From the human T2T-CHM13v2.0 reference genome, Homo sapiens, in NCBI RefSeq assembly GCF_009914755.1, contig NC_060932.1: 64,000 nucleotides of DNA, one strand, 5' to 3'. The translations under genes and the position numbers were made by a program. Shown in pieces: positions 44,590-64,000 of the stretch. The notes under the pieces are model-generated. The model was given only the letters and a program-made list of their open reading frames with translations. It was not told where the DNA came from and ran no database searches. Numbering within the stretch: the stretch's first letter is position 1; every line of letters begins with the position of its first letter.

Positions 44590-44895
44590 TTTCTTTTCTT
44601 TTCTTTTTTTCCTGAGATGGAGTTTCACTCTGTGGCCCAGGCTGGAATGCAGTGGCGTGATCTCAGCTCACTGCAGCCTCTGCTTTCCAGGTTCAAATGA
44701 TTCTGATGCCTCAGCCTCCAAGTAGCTAGGATTACAGGTATGCACCACCATGCCTGGCTAATTTTTGTATTTTTAGTAGAGGTGGGGTTTCACCATGTTG
44801 GCCAGGATGGTCTTGAGCTCCTGACCTCGAGTGATCGGCCCGCCTCGGTCTCCCAAAGTACTGGGATTCCAGACGTGAGCCACCGCACCCGGCCT
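44590..44895 (-). mobile_element. AluS
   Basis: Antisense Alu; TSD caataattttc. Confidence 0.95.
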
Positions 44896-45631
44896 GCAAT
44901 AATTTTCTAATTCGGCCCTAAGCAGAAAATAGAAGATGTCTTCGGTTGCTGTTTTATTTAGGAAAATATGCAGACAGATCATTTTGCTGAGCTAGTCTGT
45001 ATTGCTTAGTTGCTCTACATAAAGCAAGATATTTATGTGGCATTTGCCACCTCCCTCACCCCCCATAGAAAATAAGAACGTTCTTAGGAGTGAGTGTGAA
45101 AGCAGATTTCAGCAATGTGCCTGACGGTCTGCACCCAAGGTCAGCGAGATGGGTAGGAACTCAGGCATGAGATGGCTGCCGTTTTTGCAGTCCCACTCCC
45201 CCACTGCACCCCCATGCACATGCTGCAATAACCCTGTTGTCGGAACCTGCGGTGGCAGCCTGTTTCACAGAAGCATTGCTGTAGTGGCACCAGGGGATAA
45301 AAACCAGTTGCCCCACTGGAAAGTTTAATAATGTTTCAAAAGATCATAGTGTTACTATTAGGAACAATGAATACCAGAATGCAAATATTCATGAATAAGG
45401 AAAGCAATGGTTTTAGCTAATTCATTTTATTTTGGAAAGTGACATGTGATCAGTGACTTTAAAGGAAGCCTTACGTTTATGTGATTGCGGGTTGGGGGGA
45501 AGGTTGTTTTGTCAGACACAGCAAATACCAAGCTTCCCCTGCCACCTACTGGCTGTTCCTTGCAATGAAAAAATTCTGAATAAGATGTGGTATATTAGAA
45601 CCAGAGGTTGTTGTGAAAATAATTTTTAAAA

Positions 45632-49130
<3,499 letters not shown>

Positions 49131-49162
49131 TTCTTATAGAAAATTGCTTCTGAGCTAGCAGG

Positions 49163-52357
<3,195 letters not shown>

Positions 52358-52581
52358 CTAAGTTCAGTAACATACTACAGGTAGCCTGACAAAAAGTCTC
52401 CACAGAGCTCAGGGGAGCACTGAGGAGGGGATAGTCAGGTCTACTAGGAAACCACAAAGGTCAGAGGCATTGCCCTGCTGCTGGAGAACCGATCAAAGGC
52501 AAGAAGACATAAAACAGCCGGTCATTTTACTTGTCACAGCCATTCACTATGGCCTTTAATCTGTTCATGCTGTTCTGAAGG

Positions 52582-52668
52582 GCCACTTAGGTGCTTTGTG
52601 TAATATCACTTACGCTTTGTGTAATATCTACACAATACTACAAAGCCACTTACGCTTTGTGTAATATC
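52582..52668. repeat. Local triplication of cactta..gctttgtgtaatatc
   Basis: Three direct copies at 52582-52607, 52607-52628 and 52645-52668. Confidence 0.9.
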
Positions 52669-52791
52669 AACATTTCAGCAACATCCAGGCTTGGAATGAA
52701 GAAATGCTGTAAAGTATAAGAGATTGTGTTATACTTTTTTTGCAAAAAATAAGAGGCAGTGGGCAGCTGATGGCATTTGTAAGAATCAGGA

Positions 52792-53410
<619 letters not shown>

Positions 53411-53662
53411 AAGAATGAGGAAATTTGACATTTGGAACCCACATTCAAATCCCATTTGCTAGCTGTGAGACCTTGTGTAAGTTCATGAACCTCTCTCTGT
53501 GAGTCCTTCGTGGAAAAGGGTCATAGATCCACCCATTACTGGGGCCATGAGGTGTACATGAAGAATAGTGTTTATCTGGAAACTCACAGGGAGAAAGGCC
53601 ACAGACTCCAAAGATCCCCTGTCCTTGTGCCACCTACGAGCTGGGTTGGGCATGGGTGGCTG

Positions 53663-54110
53663 GTGCCATGGTCTGGATATGGTTTGTTTGTCCCCACCAA
53701 AGCTCAATTTGAAATTGGATCCCCAGTGTGGTGGCGTTTGGGAGGTGGGGGGGCCTGGTGGGAGATATTTCGGTTCCAGATCCCTCAGGAATGGCTTGGT
53801 GCTGCTCTCAGGGTAGTGAGTTCTGGCTCTCTGAGACTGGATTAGTTCACATGGGAATGGATTTGTTCCCATAAGAGCGGGTTGCTATAAAGCCAGGAGA
53901 CTCCTCAGCTTTCCCCCTCTTCACTCGTGTCCACTTCCCTTTGACCATCTCTGCCATGTTGTGACGTGGCACAAAAGCCCTCACCAGAAGCCAGGGCCAT
54001 GCCCTTGAACTTCTCAGCCAGCAGAATTATGAGCTAAATAAACCTCTTTTCTTCATAAATTATCCAGGCTCAAGTATTCTTTTATAGCAACACAAAATGG
54101 GCTGAGCTAG
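53663..54110 (+). mobile_element. MST-type (MSTC-like) MaLR solo LTR
   Basis: gatatggtttgtttgtccccaccaaa...aaataaacctcttttcttcataaattatcca...tttatagcaacacaaaatggg. Confidence 0.88.
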
Positions 54111-54499
54111 TTGGACTCACCATGCAAGCACCCAGTAGGGGACATCCCTCCCATATTAACACAGTATGTGGAGGGCTGGGGGGTGCAGAGGGAACTTAAG
54201 TGAAGCCATAATTATGGGAACCTCCAATACTAGGAAATGACCTTTTTAGAATGACGGACCTCTAGACGCAGCCTCCAGTTTCCGTGTGTAGGGCCTGCTA
54301 GTCAGCTTCTTGCCAAGTAGGCTGTTGCCCTCTGGAGCCACCTGGACTGGTCTCCCCTCAGCTCGTCTATGATTTTGGAGGGTTACTATTAACACCTGCT
54401 TCACAAGGTTATCATGAGGCTGCAGTGTAGCAGCAGGCACCTCATAAATGACAGCTGTGTGGCCCGTTTCACCAGCGTGGCTTACATCACCCCACCTCA

Positions 54500-55200
54500 T
54501 GTTTATTTCTGAGTGATCACTCAACTCACCACGTGCTCGTCAGCCCATGGGCTCCTGTCCCAAAGTAGGAATCAGATGCAGGCAGGCGCCAAACCTGCAG
54601 TGCAAACAGCCTGCAGGGGAAGGGGTGGGGATGCCATTGCGGCCGCAGAGTCAGTGCTGAGAACTGCCCTGGGGCAGCCACAGCACAGCACTGGCCCTTG
54701 CTCCTCTGTGACCCCACAGCGAGGACCACTCCCCATCACAGCCACTGCAGGGTGACCCCTCACTCAGCTCCAGCCCGGTCAAGGCTGCCCGTGCACTTGA
54801 GTTCACACTCGCGCTGGCTGGGTGTGATGCCGCCCGAGCACACCGCTCTAAGGAGGAGGAAGATGAAGCGGGACTTTCACCCCCTGCCCTGGGTGGTCTC
54901 TCTCTCACCAGGCCTGGGCTCCGTTTCTTCAGACTGCGCTTCCCCGGAGAAGCCCTTGGGGCTTTCCCTGCCTATAGACGGCACTCGGTCCCTCAAGAAG
55001 TTCTGATACTGTTGGGTCTCCAAGGGGAAGGAGTCCATAGTTCTCCTGAAACTGCCAAGGTCATGAAAAACAAAGTCTGGTGTGAGGACAGAACGCAATG
55101 CAGCTCCCAGAACAGAAAAAGGACGCTAAGTGGAACAGCGGTGACCTCAGAATACAGTTGGGAATTTAGTTCAGAGTAACGCACTAGTGTTGGTCGCTTA
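54500..55200. promoter_or_regulatory. Non-repeat CpG-enriched block, candidate enhancer
   Basis: Roughly 25-30 CpGs by eye, NotI site at 54639, kappaB-type GGGGCTTTCC 54958-54967 and near-match GGGACTTTCA 54870-54879. Confidence 0.4.
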
Positions 55201-55289
55201 GTTTTAACAAAGCTACCATGCTCTTGTAGGGCGAAATCATTAAAGGAAACTGAAACTGGATGGGAAATACATAGGAACTTCGCAAATGT

Positions 55290-56818
<1,529 letters not shown>

Positions 56819-57681
56819 CTAATCGGAAGCATTTGTCTAGATCTCTCTTAGGATAAAATGACAGCAAAATGAGCTATCTCATCCAGTGCATATGCATTAA
56901 TTACATTCTGTGTGGTTGCCTTTTTATTGGTGAGAACTATCAAATGACTTAGCTGTAAGTATGTTGGTAAAGCGTTAAACAGCTTTCGCCTTGATCTTCA
57001 ATGTCCTGTATCATAGCAGTGCGGCCAGCAGTCCCAGGATGAGCAAGTGCTAACCCTCCAGGCATCTTGTATCAGATGATATGGACATAAGACACTTGGC
57101 CCTCCAAATGGCTTAGTCTGAACTGGTGCTGCCATCAGGCCCCCAAGGGAAAACGTGAGTCATGATTTTTCTAGACATCCTTGAAAAATGGACGTTCCAA
57201 AAGTCAGGAAAGAATGAGAGTTTCAAATGAAAAGTGACAGAGGAATTAGTCAATGGTTATCACTCAGTATCCAGCAATTGTCCCAAGCCAGAAGTTGATC
57301 AATGATTGAAATTTTCCCAAAATTCCCTAGATGAGAATGTAGGCAAGAAGCCCAAATCCCCTGTGCCTCATCAGCTGGCAGAGCCGTTTGATGCATCTGT
57401 CTGAGTAAGCTGAGCGGTGACCTGGCTCCACAGGGTCCCCTCGAGATGGAGAAGGGGACCCAGCTGACAACCAGGAGTCCTGCCTTAGATGGTAGAATGG
57501 GGAAGGGATGGGGTGGGCACACTGTAGAGCCTCCTGAGCACCTAGTCCCAAAATGAGTTCGATTTTAGGACGTTACATATTCTGAATGTTAAATTTGAAT
57601 GTGTAAGTTAGGAAGTGTACCAGTCAAGGTTCTTGGTGAACAGAAATCAGATCTGGGTAACTTACACACATAAAGAAATGC

Positions 57682-62182
<4,501 letters not shown>

Positions 62183-62862
62183 TTAGCCTCTAGAACATCT
62201 TTGTGAATGAGGAATTTTTTTTGACATTGACATTTTCTAGACATGATCTAAAAATGTAGACTAAGTTTTCAGTGCATTGAAGATGGGGAAGGGCAATTCT
62301 TTGCCCCAGGTTTTGTGTGTGTCCATTTATGAATGAACTAAACTCATGTTTTTTCATAGCTGTGAGCCTATTCTGCAAAGAATTAGAAGCAAGTTCAAGG
62401 GTGTACAGCTTGCAGCTCAACCTTGGAAAACTTCCCTGAGGAGTTAGTACAGAACAGAAAATCCAGTTCTCTGTCCCCAGATGCATAATTCATCTGCCAG
62501 CAGAGCAGCTTTTAGATGAAAGGGCCCCAACAGAAGTTTTGGTAGAAAATGACACCAAGAAATGGTGAGTGTTTGGAGATCAGGCTCTTAAATGTTACTC
62601 AACTTTGCACAAATATTTGTAAACTTTCCACATGTCCTGAAATTTGTGCAAATAAGTTCACAAAGTCATTTCCAAATTGCTTCTAGTATTTAAAATACTT
62701 CCTCAGGGAAAGCTGGAATTCGGCATATTAGAAATGTGTAACCATTTCTTATTCTTAAGAGTCTGAAACCCTAGTTAAGCCCTGGTTTTCCAGATTGTTT
62801 GCTTTTATAAAGAATGCTGCCATATATGATAAGCATGGTTTTCTTCACCATATATATCTAGC

Positions 62863-62990
62863 ACAAGGTGTCCAATCTTTTGGCTTCCCTGGGGCACATT
62901 GGAAGAAGAATTGTATTGGGCCACAAATAAAATACACTAACACTAATGATAGCTGATAAGCTTTAAAAAAAAGTTTTAAGAAAGTTTATG
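62863..62990 (+). mobile_element. MER30 DNA transposon, partial
   Basis: gtgtccaatcttttggcttccctgggg...aaaatacactaacactaatgatagctgat. Confidence 0.85.
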
Positions 62991-63172
62991 GGCCAGACAC
63001 AGTGGCTCATGCCTGTAATCCCAGCATTTTGGGAGGCCATGGTGGGCAGATCTCCTGAGGTCAGGAGTTTGAGACTAGCCTGGCCAACATGGTGAAATCC
63101 CTTCTCTACTAAAAATACAAAAATTAGCCGGGCGTCGTGGTGGGTGCCTGTAATCCCAATTACTTGGGAGCT
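62991..63172 (+). mobile_element. AluS, 3'-truncated
   Basis: Left arm and start of right arm; stops abruptly at tacttgggag. Confidence 0.93.
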
Positions 63173-63174
63173 AG

Positions 63175-63952
63175 TACTTGAATATCACACAGAACCATAA
63201 ACCGGGTGCACGTCTTCTCCTTCCTTTGTCAAAAGATCATAGGGTACTTCCCTTGAGGCCAAATGCCCAGGCTGGGAGAGAGAAGGCAGTGTAGCAGAAA
63301 TAGGAACTGGAAATAGGAACCATTGGGGTCACTTCTTCATATAACTTACTTGTGCCTTTAGGACGTGCTTGGGCCCAATCATGTTTATACTACTTCCATT
63401 TGATAATGAAGTTCTTCTATGCATGCCCAACTTTATGGTTTAGTGGGTCAGATGACATCCAGTTTATAATAGGCAGCTCAGGTTGCATGGTAACTTGGCG
63501 GCCTATGGTCAAACATTCAGTTTCTACTAAAGCCCATTAGCAGGTCAAGAGCTGTCTCTCAAAACGAGAGTATTTATCTGTGGATGATGGCAGGGCCCTG
63601 CTCCAAAGTCTTAAAGGCCTGCACTGTGATTCACCTATGGGGTCCTGCCAAAGTCTCCAGACGGCATCCCTATATGGCACAGACACCACACGCACCATTA
63701 GATCCACTGGATCATATGGCCCAAGTGGCAAAGCTGGCACAACAGCCAGGACCTGTTGCAGAGCTTTCTCCTATTCTGGATACTACTCAAAACTAGCAGA
63801 TTTTTGGATCACTCGTGAATGACCCAACATAACACACCCAAATGAGGAATATGTTGCCTCCAAAAATCTAAATAGGCCAACTAGGCATTGTGCCTCATTC
63901 TTGGTTGTAGGAAGGATCAGAAGCAACAACTTCATCCTTCACCTTAAAAGGA
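63175..63952 (-). mobile_element. ERV-L internal pol fragment (RT connection / RNase H region), decayed
   Basis: ORF 63537-63740 (ALPLGPYDPVDLMV..RDAVWRLWQDPIGESQCRPLRLWSRALPSS..YSRFERQLL) matches recalled HERV-L Pol; stops and frameshifts on both sides. Confidence 0.9.
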
Positions 63953-64000
63953 GTTTGTTCTTCTTTTTTCTGTGTCTTAAGGTTATTGAGATCTTTCTTC

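Overview
Primate (very probably human) non-coding genomic DNA, intergenic or deep intronic. I can support no protein-coding gene, RNA gene or CRISPR array: the long ORFs are by-products of Alu, L1, LTR and simple repeats. About 75 Alu copies or fragments cover roughly a third of the window, with old L1, L2, MIR, MaLR and DNA-transposon fossils between them. The distinctive part is about 18.4-44.3 kb, a dense cluster of 12 solo ERV LTRs (MER11, 2x LTR12, LTR5_Hs, LTR15, 3x LTR47-like, LTR9, MER61-like, LTR54/MER57-like, MER31/67-like), most with readable target-site duplications (TSDs). It includes a three-tier nest at 35129-38118: HML-2 LTR5_Hs inside ERV9 LTR12 inside an older ERV1 LTR, which places two promoter-type LTRs back to back. 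Candidate cis-regulatory blocks lie at about 7.4-9.2, 44.9-45.6 and 54.5-55.2 kb. I found no evidence for a new biological system in the sense of a gene module. Repeat names come from recalled consensus sequences, not from a RepeatMasker/Dfam run, so subfamily calls are provisional. Boundaries without a quoted TSD are approximate (about +/-20 bp, more for old elements).
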